Under the pieces are notes generated by a model. That model had not been told where the DNA came from. It worked only from the letters and a program-made list of their open reading frames with translations, and did not search any database. This document shows, one piece after another, positions 56,415 through 64,000 of a DNA stretch of 64,000 bases (position 1 is its first letter; each line of letters starts with the position of its first letter). A program made the translations under genes and the position numbers. Source of the stretch: a virus (lineage: Duplodnaviria > Heunggongvirae > Uroviricota > Caudoviricetes); IMG/VR virus record IMGVR_UViG_3300028906_000002; one strand, given 5' to 3'.

Positions 56415-56804
56415 ATGGTTGAACCACGCGGACTTATTGGTGTTGGTATGCCATCGCAACTCGCTAAACGACTTGGTATTCCAGCAAGAACCACAGATTC
56501 CAACTTGAACGGCATCGGAACGACATTTGCTGGCGCTGCGGCTATCGGTCAATTTCAATTTTATGTTCGTGCCAACGCGCAATCTACAGCCATTGGCTAT
56601 GTAATGCCGAACAATGCTGAAGTCGGCAGCGATTATATGATCTTTAATACGGGGGCGGTCACTGCGGAAATTTGGCCGCCATCCGGTGGAACATTCAATG
56701 TAGCTGCTGGTGCGACGGCTACAGGGACTAGCCTCGCCGTAGGAAAGGGCATGTTCTTGATTGCCGTGACCGCAAGTACATTCGATGCTTTCCTGACTGC
56801 GTAA
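56415..56804 (+). CDS. small structural protein (tandem paralog 1)
   Basis: 129 aa. About 45% identical to the next gene (GMPSQ.AKRLG..., YVRANAQ..., MPNNAE.G...MIFN). Confidence 0.4.
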   Translation: MVEPRGLIGVGMPSQLAKRLGIPARTTDSNLNGIGTTFAGAAAIGQFQFYVRANAQSTAIGYVMPNNAEVGSDYMIFNTGAVTAEIWPPSGGTFNVAAGATATGTSLAVGKGMFLIAVTASTFDAFLTA

Positions 56805-56819
56805 GGGAGGAATGTCCAA

Positions 56820-57221
56820 ATGACTGCTCCAGGTTATCTCATGCGGTTAGGAATGCCGAGCCAACAAGCGAAACGTCTCGGCGTTGATTCAGGAGGTGGT
56901 GGTGCTAACCTCAATGGTGGGGCAGCATTTGCCAGTGCTACCGCCATCGGACAATTTGCGATATATGTGCGTGCCAATGCTCAAACTGGCGCGAATGTAT
57001 ATCAAATGCCGAACAATGCAGAAATTGGTACCGAATTTATGATTTTCAATATCGGAGGTACCACTGGTGGAGTCACCGCGAATGTTTACCCGCCAACTGG
57101 CGGAACGTTCAACATCGGCAGCGCTTCTGCTACATCGACATTGACAACTGTTGCGACAGGAAAGGGTATCTTTTTGGTCGCGATTACGGCGAGTACATTT
57201 GACGTGTTTCTGTCTGCCTAG
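56820..57221 (+). CDS. small structural protein (tandem paralog 2)
   Basis: 133 aa. Strong GGAGG RBS. Confidence 0.4.
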   Translation: MTAPGYLMRLGMPSQQAKRLGVDSGGGGANLNGGAAFASATAIGQFAIYVRANAQTGANVYQMPNNAEIGTEFMIFNIGGTTGGVTANVYPPTGGTFNIGSASATSTLTTVATGKGIFLVAITASTFDVFLSA

Positions 57222-57241
57222 AGGCTTCTGGAGCATGGTCA

Positions 57242-58243
57242 ATGCCAGTCACCGCGTTCACGCCAAAGACGTGTCTACAGATCGCTAACGCGGCACTGGG
57301 GGAGCTTGGCTTCCCTCAGGTCGCAAGCTTGAACGGAAATACCGACCCGACTGCGATACAGGTTCTCGCGCTGCTCAATGCGGAAGGCGAGGAACTGCGG
57401 GACACTGCGGAAGAGGGCTGGTCGTGTATGCAGACCGAGTTCAACTTGGTCGTGAACACGCCGATTATCACGACTGGTACAGTTAGCCTAAATTCTCCGG
57501 TGGTTTCTGCAATCCCAACCACTGCCGGCTTGAGTGCGGGCAACTGGGCTGTGTTTGGAGCGTTCCTGCCGAGCGCTGCCCGTATCCTCAATCTCGGGGA
57601 TCAGAGCGGCAACAATCCAACGACCACTGTTACGTTGACGATGGAATCGACCGGTGCGGTAGCGGGGACGCCGCTGACATTTGCGCAGGATACCTATGCT
57701 CTGCCGGCCGATTTGAAGGCCTATGTCGATCGAACATGGTGGGACCGGACAAATCGATGGGCATTGCTTGGCCCTGATAGTCCTCAATTAGATCAATGGC
57801 ACCGATCCGGCATCGTCCAAACTGGTCCGCGCCGGCATTTCCGCCAGATCGGAAACTCACTGAACAATACCTATCGGATTTGGCCCGCCCCAGCCGAGTT
57901 GGTTAACCCGATTCAGATCGTATTCGAATATCTATCAACGAATTGGGTCAATATGACCGGTTCGACCGTGAGCACGGGCACCAATTCGCTGTTCACGAAC
58001 GATCTCGACACGTCGTTCCTAGACGATCGCGCTCTGATCATGGGCCTGAAATGGAGGTTCAAGAAGATCAAGGGTTATGGCGGCTGGGAAGATGATCGCA
58101 ACGATTATGTCGATTTCGTTGATCGGCTGATGGCGCGAGATGGAGCCTCGCCAACGCTATCGTTCGTGAGAAGGGTGCATCCATTCCTGATCAATCCAGA
58201 ATTCGCGGTCCAAGACGGCAACTACCCCGGATTTGGAAACTAA
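57242..58243 (+). CDS. virion or tail structural protein
   Basis: 333 aa. No motif assigned. Position in tail/head-completion block. Confidence 0.45.
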   Translation: MPVTAFTPKTCLQIANAALGELGFPQVASLNGNTDPTAIQVLALLNAEGEELRDTAEEGWSCMQTEFNLVVNTPIITTGTVSLNSPVVSAIPTTAGLSAGNWAVFGAFLPSAARILNLGDQSGNNPTTTVTLTMESTGAVAGTPLTFAQDTYALPADLKAYVDRTWWDRTNRWALLGPDSPQLDQWHRSGIVQTGPRRHFRQIGNSLNNTYRIWPAPAELVNPIQIVFEYLSTNWVNMTGSTVSTGTNSLFTNDLDTSFLDDRALIMGLKWRFKKIKGYGGWEDDRNDYVDFVDRLMARDGASPTLSFVRRVHPFLINPEFAVQDGNYPGFGN

Positions 58244-58553
58244 GGAGAAGCAGATGGGATATCTTCAAACCACGACAGGTGTCACAACTGTTGGCCCAGG
58301 CGCAACATTGTCTTTTACTACGCCAATTTGCGCACAACTTGCTTTGCAAGTTTCAGGATCAGGGTCAGGAAATGTTGTCGTTGAAGCTAGTTTGGATGGG
58401 ACAAATTTTGTCCAAATAACCATGAGCGGAGGCGGAATTCTAAGTAGTAATTCCCAGTCTATCTGTCCGATTGCCGCTATCAGATATCACGTAATGAGTA
58501 TTTCAGGTACTCTCTCTATTTCAATAGCTGCTGCTCCACTAGGGTCTGAATGA
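58233..58553 (+). CDS. hypothetical structural protein
   Basis: 106 aa, Ser/Gly-rich. Confidence 0.35.
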   Translation: METKEKQMGYLQTTTGVTTVGPGATLSFTTPICAQLALQVSGSGSGNVVVEASLDGTNFVQITMSGGGILSSNSQSICPIAAIRYHVMSISGTLSISIAAAPLGSE

Positions 58554-58556
58554 TTC

Positions 58557-60203
58557 ATGCGAAAGCTTCAGGCCAGCAGACCCAAAGCGCCTTATGCGCA
58601 ACAGGAAACTGAAGCAGTTCAGATTCCGGCGCCCACGTCTGGCTGGAATGCCATTGACGCTTTGGCAAATATGGACCCGAAGTATGCGCCAATCCTAATC
58701 AACTGGGTGCCGAGAACATCATGGATAGAGCTTCGCGCTGGTTATAACGCTTGGGTACAGGGACTCGGTGCTAATAGTCCAGTCGAAACGTTGATGGCAT
58801 ACAAGCCAGTTAGCGGCACACAATTCTTGTTCGCGGCATGCGGCGGCAACATCTACAACGCAAGCAATCAGGCGGCTCCGGTTCAGGTTCTTAGCGGATT
58901 TGCTAGCAACCGTTGGCAATATCTCAATTTCGATGTTCCTGGCGGGTCAGATTATCTCTACATGGTCAACGGCAGCGATAATCCGCAGCTTTGGGATGGC
59001 ACCGTCTGGACATCGCCGACGATCACAGGTGGACCAGCACAGACGACTTTCTTCAATATCCACTCGCATCAGAACCGGCTTTGGTTCATCCCTAATAATT
59101 CGACGACAGTTTATTATTTGGCTGCCAGCGCGATTACTGGAGCATGTTCGCCGCTTGCTCTTGGCTCATTCATGACCGAGGGCGGCTTTGTCGTCGCCAT
59201 GGGGACGTGGACCTATAATGGTGGGACAGGCCCGCAAAATCTTGCTGTGTTTATCACCTCCCGTGGTCAGACAATTATTTATGCTGGCACTGATCCGACA
59301 AGTTCGAGCACTTGGACACTGGTTGGCGTATTCAATCTGCCACCTCCACTTGGTATCCGATGCTTTCAACAGATTGGCTCCGATCTCGGCATCATCACGC
59401 AACAAGGCGTCTTGCCGCTGTCCCAAACCATCCAGCTTGATACCGGTGCGGTGCGAGCAAATGCGATCACGGGACGCATTCAAAATGCGATGCTCCAGGC
59501 TGCAACATCATACGGAAGCAATTTCGGCTGGCAATTGATTAGCTATCCGGCACAAGGGCTGCTGTTCCTCAATGTGCCGCAGCAAACCAACACTTCTCAG
59601 GTTCAATTCGTCCAAAACTTTCTGAACGGCGCATGGACGCAATTCCAAGGATGGAATGCGAATTGTTTCGAGATTTTCAACGATCAATTATTCTTCGGTG
59701 GAAATAATGGGGTGGTGTCGAATGCCTACCAGGGGCCGGCCGATCTAGTCTCGCCGATAGTCGCCGATATGCAGTGTGCATTCAACTATTTCGGTGCGCC
59801 TGGTCGTATCAAACGCATGACTATGATTCAGCCGATGCTTGTGACGGGTGGCACGATCGTGCCGACAATTGGCGTTGATGTCGATTTCGGTTCTGTCTCG
59901 CCAACGGCCGCCGTCAGTTCGTTCGTGGCGACTGGTGGAATTTACGATACGTCACTTTACGATGCTTCGTTCTATGCGCAGGGGCCGTTACCGCAATCAA
60001 CTTGGCAATCCGTTCAGGCGGAAGGTCATGCACTCGCGGTTCGGATGAAAGTCAACGTTCTGCCGAGCGGCAGCGGCGCTGGTTCTGTATTTGATACGGG
60101 AACGTTCGACAATATGCTTTTCGATGGTTTCCAAGGGCAACAGCCATCGATACTCCAGATAAACGCGTTTAACGCAGTTGTGGAAATGGGCAACTGGGTA
60201 TGA
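58557..60203 (+). CDS. large virion structural protein (tail-hub-like)
   Basis: 548 aa. Aromatic and N/Q/G-rich beta-type composition typical of podovirus tail proteins. Confidence 0.45.
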   Translation: MRKLQASRPKAPYAQQETEAVQIPAPTSGWNAIDALANMDPKYAPILINWVPRTSWIELRAGYNAWVQGLGANSPVETLMAYKPVSGTQFLFAACGGNIYNASNQAAPVQVLSGFASNRWQYLNFDVPGGSDYLYMVNGSDNPQLWDGTVWTSPTITGGPAQTTFFNIHSHQNRLWFIPNNSTTVYYLAASAITGACSPLALGSFMTEGGFVVAMGTWTYNGGTGPQNLAVFITSRGQTIIYAGTDPTSSSTWTLVGVFNLPPPLGIRCFQQIGSDLGIITQQGVLPLSQTIQLDTGAVRANAITGRIQNAMLQAATSYGSNFGWQLISYPAQGLLFLNVPQQTNTSQVQFVQNFLNGAWTQFQGWNANCFEIFNDQLFFGGNNGVVSNAYQGPADLVSPIVADMQCAFNYFGAPGRIKRMTMIQPMLVTGGTIVPTIGVDVDFGSVSPTAAVSSFVATGGIYDTSLYDASFYAQGPLPQSTWQSVQAEGHALAVRMKVNVLPSGSGAGSVFDTGTFDNMLFDGFQGQQPSILQINAFNAVVEMGNWV

Positions 60204-60679
60204 TCCCGAACCCAATCAAAACAGAACGACAGACCGGCCTCTGCCTGCCGCATGGGCTGTTGTTCGGCCATGATATGCCTGTGGCGCATTGGGCATGGAA
60301 TGCGTTTTGCCTGACTCCTACGCATATAAACGCCGCAGTTGGTGTCGTGCGGGATAATCGCATTGTTGGGGCGGTCCTCTTCCAAGGATATTCCACCCAC
60401 AATATCGAATTGAGCTATTACGGGCCGATGACGCTTTCGGCTGGCATATTTAAAATGCTGGCTAAGTTCACCCTTGAAAGATTTAAGGTCGATCGATTAA
60501 CGGTCCGAACAAATCGCAAAAATATTAAACTGATAAGGTCTTTTCGCGGATTAGGTTTTAAGTTTGAGGGAGTCCAGCATCGTTTTTATGGGCCGTTTGG
60601 AGACGCTGCGGTTTTTGTGCTATTCAGGCAAGACCTTGAGCGGATTAGCGGTCTGGACAGGCAGGAGACGGCGCTATGA
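60200..60679 (+). CDS. GNAT-family N-acetyltransferase-like protein
   Basis: ATGA-coupled. C-terminal NRKNIKLIRSFRGLGFKFEGVQHRFYG resembles the GNAT motif A/B region (N..A..LY.K.GF..EG). Confidence 0.4.
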   Translation: MIPNPIKTERQTGLCLPHGLLFGHDMPVAHWAWNAFCLTPTHINAAVGVVRDNRIVGAVLFQGYSTHNIELSYYGPMTLSAGIFKMLAKFTLERFKVDRLTVRTNRKNIKLIRSFRGLGFKFEGVQHRFYGPFGDAAVFVLFRQDLERISGLDRQETAL

Positions 60680-61734
60680 GTTTCGATTCCCCATCCGTGC
60701 CGGCTGTTCCTAGCCCGCAGATCACGGCCGATCAACAGCAGCAACTCAATCTCCAGACGACGGAGCAGAATCAGGCTGCATCCAATGTCAATCAGGTCAC
60801 GCCGACTGGATCATTGACCTATGCGCAAACTGGTGTGGGTCCTAACGGGATTCCGACCTATACGGCAACACAAACGCTTTCGCCGCAAGAGCAAGCGTTG
60901 CTGACCACGATGCAAGGTACTCAGCAGACCGCTGGTACACAGGCCGGAAATCTGTTGACCAACGCCAACTATGGTGCTCCGGGTTCGAATCCAGCAACGA
61001 CGATTGGCAATTCGACCTCGGGTGAGACACAGGCGCTCTTGGGACAGGAGACCTCGTATCTCAATCCGCAATTCACGCAACAGACGAACCAACTCGATAC
61101 GCAGTTGCGCAGTCAGGGTATCTTTCCTGGATCGCCTGCCTATACGCAGCAGATGCAGAATTTGCAGCTTAACCAAAATCAGGCAATTACCGGATTTCTG
61201 GCGACTGCGGAGCCGGCTGCCTATCAGCAGGCAACCCAAAGCTATGAATTACCGCTCACGATGGCGGAAAGCGAAATGGGCGTAGCGCAGCCTTCTGGCA
61301 TCGGCACCACGAGTACACCACAGGCCACCGGATCGCCAGCAAATCTTGAGGGTGACGTGGCGTCTGCGAATAGTGCAAATATGGCGGCCTATAATGCACA
61401 ATTGCAGCAGCAAAACGCGATGATGAGCGGATTATTTGGGCTCGGTGCGGCCTCAATCAGTGGCGGCGCAGGTGGATTCGGAAATTCATTGCTCGGAAGC
61501 ATGGTTTCAGGCTCGGACCGTCGAATAAAGAAAAATATCGAGCAGGTTGGAACGCTGTTCGATGGCACACCGATTTATCGTTTCCAATACATTGATGGAC
61601 CTCCCGCTTATCAGCTTGGCGTCATGGCACAGGACATCGAACAATTCGAGCCGAATGCTGTGCATGAAATAGACGGCATCAAATATGTCGATTATCTAAT
61701 GGCTACAGAGAGGGCCGCGAAACATGCCATATGA
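60676..61734 (+). CDS. tail fibre or needle-like protein with C-terminal intramolecular-chaperone (peptidase S74-like) domain
   Basis: Q/T-rich N-terminus. C-terminus starts SDRRIKKNIEQVGTLFDGTPIYRFQY, the hallmark start of the auto-cleaving chaperone domain of phage fibres. Confidence 0.5.
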   Translation: MSFDSPSVPAVPSPQITADQQQQLNLQTTEQNQAASNVNQVTPTGSLTYAQTGVGPNGIPTYTATQTLSPQEQALLTTMQGTQQTAGTQAGNLLTNANYGAPGSNPATTIGNSTSGETQALLGQETSYLNPQFTQQTNQLDTQLRSQGIFPGSPAYTQQMQNLQLNQNQAITGFLATAEPAAYQQATQSYELPLTMAESEMGVAQPSGIGTTSTPQATGSPANLEGDVASANSANMAAYNAQLQQQNAMMSGLFGLGAASISGGAGGFGNSLLGSMVSGSDRRIKKNIEQVGTLFDGTPIYRFQYIDGPPAYQLGVMAQDIEQFEPNAVHEIDGIKYVDYLMATERAAKHAI

Positions 61735-62077
61735 TCCAAACTCAGGTGGCTGGTCGATGGGGCCTCTTGGCGGTTCGTCGCAGCCGACCATGGCACCAGC
61801 CGCGCCGGGCCAATTGACACCGGCCCAAGTCGCGCAAATTCAGGCTACTACTGGAGCGATGGGACAACCCACGACTTTAGCCTCGCCGCAACAGCAAACG
61901 ATGCTCGGTGGATTATTCGGCTCACAGAACAATATGGGTCAGAATCTTGGTAGCATGGGTAACACTTTATGGGGCAGCACCCCGGCCTATGGTGGCGGAA
62001 ACATGTTGAGTGGCGATGCGTTCGGCGGAAGTGCCGCTGCTCCGCTTGCTGGTCTTACGTCGGCTGATTACGGATGA
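61724..62077 (+). CDS. hypothetical Gly/Met/Gln-rich protein
   Basis: ATGA-coupled. Confidence 0.35.
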   Translation: MPYDPNSGGWSMGPLGGSSQPTMAPAAPGQLTPAQVAQIQATTGAMGQPTTLASPQQQTMLGGLFGSQNNMGQNLGSMGNTLWGSTPAYGGGNMLSGDAFGGSAAAPLAGLTSADYG

Positions 62078-62083
62078 TGAAAA

Positions 62084-64000
62084 ATGGCGCTTAATCCAGC
62101 GACGACAACTGGAACTGGCGGATGGGGTTTGGCCCCGGTCGGCACAGCATCGCAATCGACGATGCCGCTTGCGCCAACTCAACAGTCAATATTGACGCCG
62201 GAACAGATCGCGCAGTTGCGTCAGCAATCTGTGGCGATGCAGACACCGCCGACGCAAAACATTCAGAGTTGGACGCAGGGTGTTGCCGAGCTTGTCCGGG
62301 CCATGCAGGGCAATCGCGAGGCTGATTTCGCACGGCAACAGGAACTGCAGGGTCGCCAGCAAGGCGCAGATGCGATCGGCAAGATTTATGCGCCATACCT
62401 ATCCCAGGGCGGAAGTTCCCCTTCTGCTGCTGGAGCGGCGCCGGCTGGAACACTGGGGAGTGGCCCGGCCGGCGCTACTGCTTCGGCGGATAGTCCTACG
62501 CCGAGCGATGCGAACACGCCAGCGGCACTAGCGGCGACCGCAGATGCATCGGCTCCTCGCGGTATCCGGAATAACAATCCGCTGAATATTGAGGATGGCC
62601 AATTTGCACGCGGTCAACCCGGATATGCTGGTTCGGATGGACGATTTGCGAAGTTTGAGACACCGGAACATGGCGTTTCGGCGGCGGATAAACTGCTGAA
62701 CAGTTATCAAGCAAATCAGGGCCTAAATACGATCAATGGGATTGTCGGTCGGTGGGCTCCCTCAACTGATGGCAACAATACCAAGGCCTATGCGGCACAT
62801 GTCGCGGCTCAGATGGGGATCGGCCCCAACGACCCGATTCCGCCAGCAATGCGTCCGCAACTGATTGCGGCAATGGCTGCGCATGAAAATGGCATACCGT
62901 TGCCTCCTGCAGCCACGAAGGTACCGCAGGCGGCTCCGACTGGCCTTTTGGCGCCTATCCAGCCTCCCGCAACGCCTCCAGCGGCTGTGCCTCCTACCGC
63001 CGCTGCGCCAAGTCCGGCACCGACACAACTTGCCTATGCTGGAACTGGTCCAATTCCTCCCGGTATGGTCCCGAATCCTGTCACGCAAGCCTCGCAAGGC
63101 CCCGGAACACCTCCTGGTGTGGCCCCGATGGTCAATGCCATCGCTGGGCGACCCATGCCGCCTGCCGCACCGACAACTCCCCAGCCAATTGCGCCTTCCG
63201 CTGCTCCGATCGCTCCACCGGATTTTGTGAGACAGGCCGCCGCGATGGAAGCGGCTAAAGCATCCGCCCCACAGGCACCGTTACCGTCTCCCGGTGCAGC
63301 CATTCCGCCAGCGGACTTTGCGGCGCAAGTGGCGGCTATGGAGGCTGCTAAAGGTGCTCCGAATCAGCCTCCCATACCTGCATCAGGTGCGCCACCGATT
63401 GCGCCGGCTGATTTTGCCAAAATGGCAGCGACGATGGAAGCGATGAAGGCTGGAGCGCCAGCCTCCCCTCCAAGTGGATCGGCTGCGGTTGTGCCCCCGA
63501 CGCAAACGGCCGCTATTCCGCCAGCTCCGCCGATTGCGGCAGGAACGCCTCCCGCTGCACCACTACCGCCCGCGTTCCTACCTACTGGATCAGCAATTCC
63601 GGGTGCCGTAGGTCCGACCTCGGTCAATGGTGCTCCGCTAGCCATTCCGCCACCATTTGGGGCAACATCGGTAAACGGCGCTCCGCTACCGCAGCGCGGA
63701 ACCCCTCCGACCAATCCAGCGCTGGTTTCGTTCATTGCCGGACAAAATCTTCCGCCGAATGCCGCGCCAACGGCTGGCACCGGTTCGCCAATTCCTGGTG
63801 CCCCTCCCCAAGTGGCTCAGAATGGACCGCCAGCCGGCGCCGCTCCTAGCCCCGCTGGTGGCCCTGCGGGATTGCCTTCTCCGCTTACTTCTCCGACTGG
63901 ACAGGTGACACAGGCCCAACTGACCCAAGTTCTCGCGAATCCGTGGGTTTCGGAAAGCGCCAAGGCGTCCATGTTGCAGATGATTCAGCAACGTGGACAG
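62084..64000 (+). CDS. large Pro/Ala-rich virion protein with conserved RGIRNNNPLNI domain (3' partial)
   Basis: No stop to window end (639 codons), so absent from the ORF track. N-terminal domain RGIRNNNPLNIEDGQFARGQ...GRFAKFETPEHGVSAADKLLNSY...GIVGRWAP. Then tandem about 25-aa repeats P(I)APxDFxxxAAxMEAxK. Confidence 0.5.
   Translation, partial: MALNPATTTGTGGWGLAPVGTASQSTMPLAPTQQSILTPEQIAQLRQQSVAMQTPPTQNIQSWTQGVAELVRAMQGNREADFARQQELQGRQQGADAIGKIYAPYLSQGGSSPSAAGAAPAGTLGSGPAGATASADSPTPSDANTPAALAATADASAPRGIRNNNPLNIEDGQFARGQPGYAGSDGRFAKFETPEHGVSAADKLLNSYQANQGLNTINGIVGRWAPSTDGNNTKAYAAHVAAQMGIGPNDPIPPAMRPQLIAAMAAHENGIPLPPAATKVPQAAPTGLLAPIQPPATPPAAVPPTAAAPSPAPTQLAYAGTGPIPPGMVPNPVTQASQGPGTPPGVAPMVNAIAGRPMPPAAPTTPQPIAPSAAPIAPPDFVRQAAAMEAAKASAPQAPLPSPGAAIPPADFAAQVAAMEAAKGAPNQPPIPASGAPPIAPADFAKMAATMEAMKAGAPASPPSGSAAVVPPTQTAAIPPAPPIAAGTPPAAPLPPAFLPTGSAIPGAVGPTSVNGAPLAIPPPFGATSVNGAPLPQRGTPPTNPALVSFIAGQNLPPNAAPTAGTGSPIPGAPPQVAQNGPPAGAAPSPAGGPAGLPSPLTSPTGQVTQAQLTQVLANPWVSESAKASMLQMIQQRGQ

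Noticed and set aside
56337-56415. Terminator hairpin after 55498-56337
   Set aside because: The repeated CCGTGC elements are direct, not inverted. No stable stem plus U-tract.

Overview
This window reads as a contiguous stretch of a tailed-phage or prophage genome. GC is high (about 55-60%), with a few lower-GC islands, and the host is plausibly alphaproteobacterial. I saw no integrase, no recognisable lysis cassette, no rRNA and no CRISPR array. Layout: (i) 1-1.1 kb: a partial homing-endonuclease tail with NUMOD3 repeats plus small membrane peptides. (ii) 1.15-10.17 kb: a leftward operon for anti-restriction and recombination (HNH, Lar-like, Rieske-domain protein, a second HNH-like Cys/His protein, DUF551, DUF1367-like, RecT, Sipho_Gp157-like and an unknown 412-aa protein). 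(iii) About 10.2 kb: a divergent switch region. (iv) 10.3-14.7 kb, rightward: RusA, a DNA N6/N4 methyltransferase, an iteron-rich origin-like region and an SF2 helicase. (v) 14.7-27.5 kb: roughly 60 tightly packed, often translationally coupled small ORFs. These include duplicated small membrane or secreted peptide cassettes and a gene carrying a 350-bp GCC/GAC trinucleotide tract. (vi) 27.6-28.5 kb: strong terminator, consensus promoter, about 350 nt of highly structured non-coding RNA, then an HNH endonuclease gene. (vii) 28.6-35.4 kb: three consecutive Sec-signal proteins, a KTSC-domain protein, tandem paralogs, a His-rich protein and a histidine phosphatase. (viii) Three tRNA genes near 35.4-35.75 kb, a leftward gene, an IS-type DDE transposase and a low-GC two-gene module. 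(ix) 39.8-64 kb: morphogenesis genes in P22-like order. Large terminase, portal with a Pro-rich tract and coiled-coil C-terminus, accessory genes, scaffold, a coat gene interrupted by two HNH-carrying group I introns, a free-standing HNH-like gene, virion and tail proteins, and a partial large Pro/Ala-rich protein. Two Maf/DUF115-like paralogs and a GNAT sit in this module. Main highlights: the coat gene interrupted by two group I introns, the two Maf-like paralogs, the structured-RNA+HNH locus, an origin-like iteron palindrome, and an in-frame amber codon ahead of a start-less ORF. Coordinates for features outside the supplied ORF track are approximate (about +/-2 nt).
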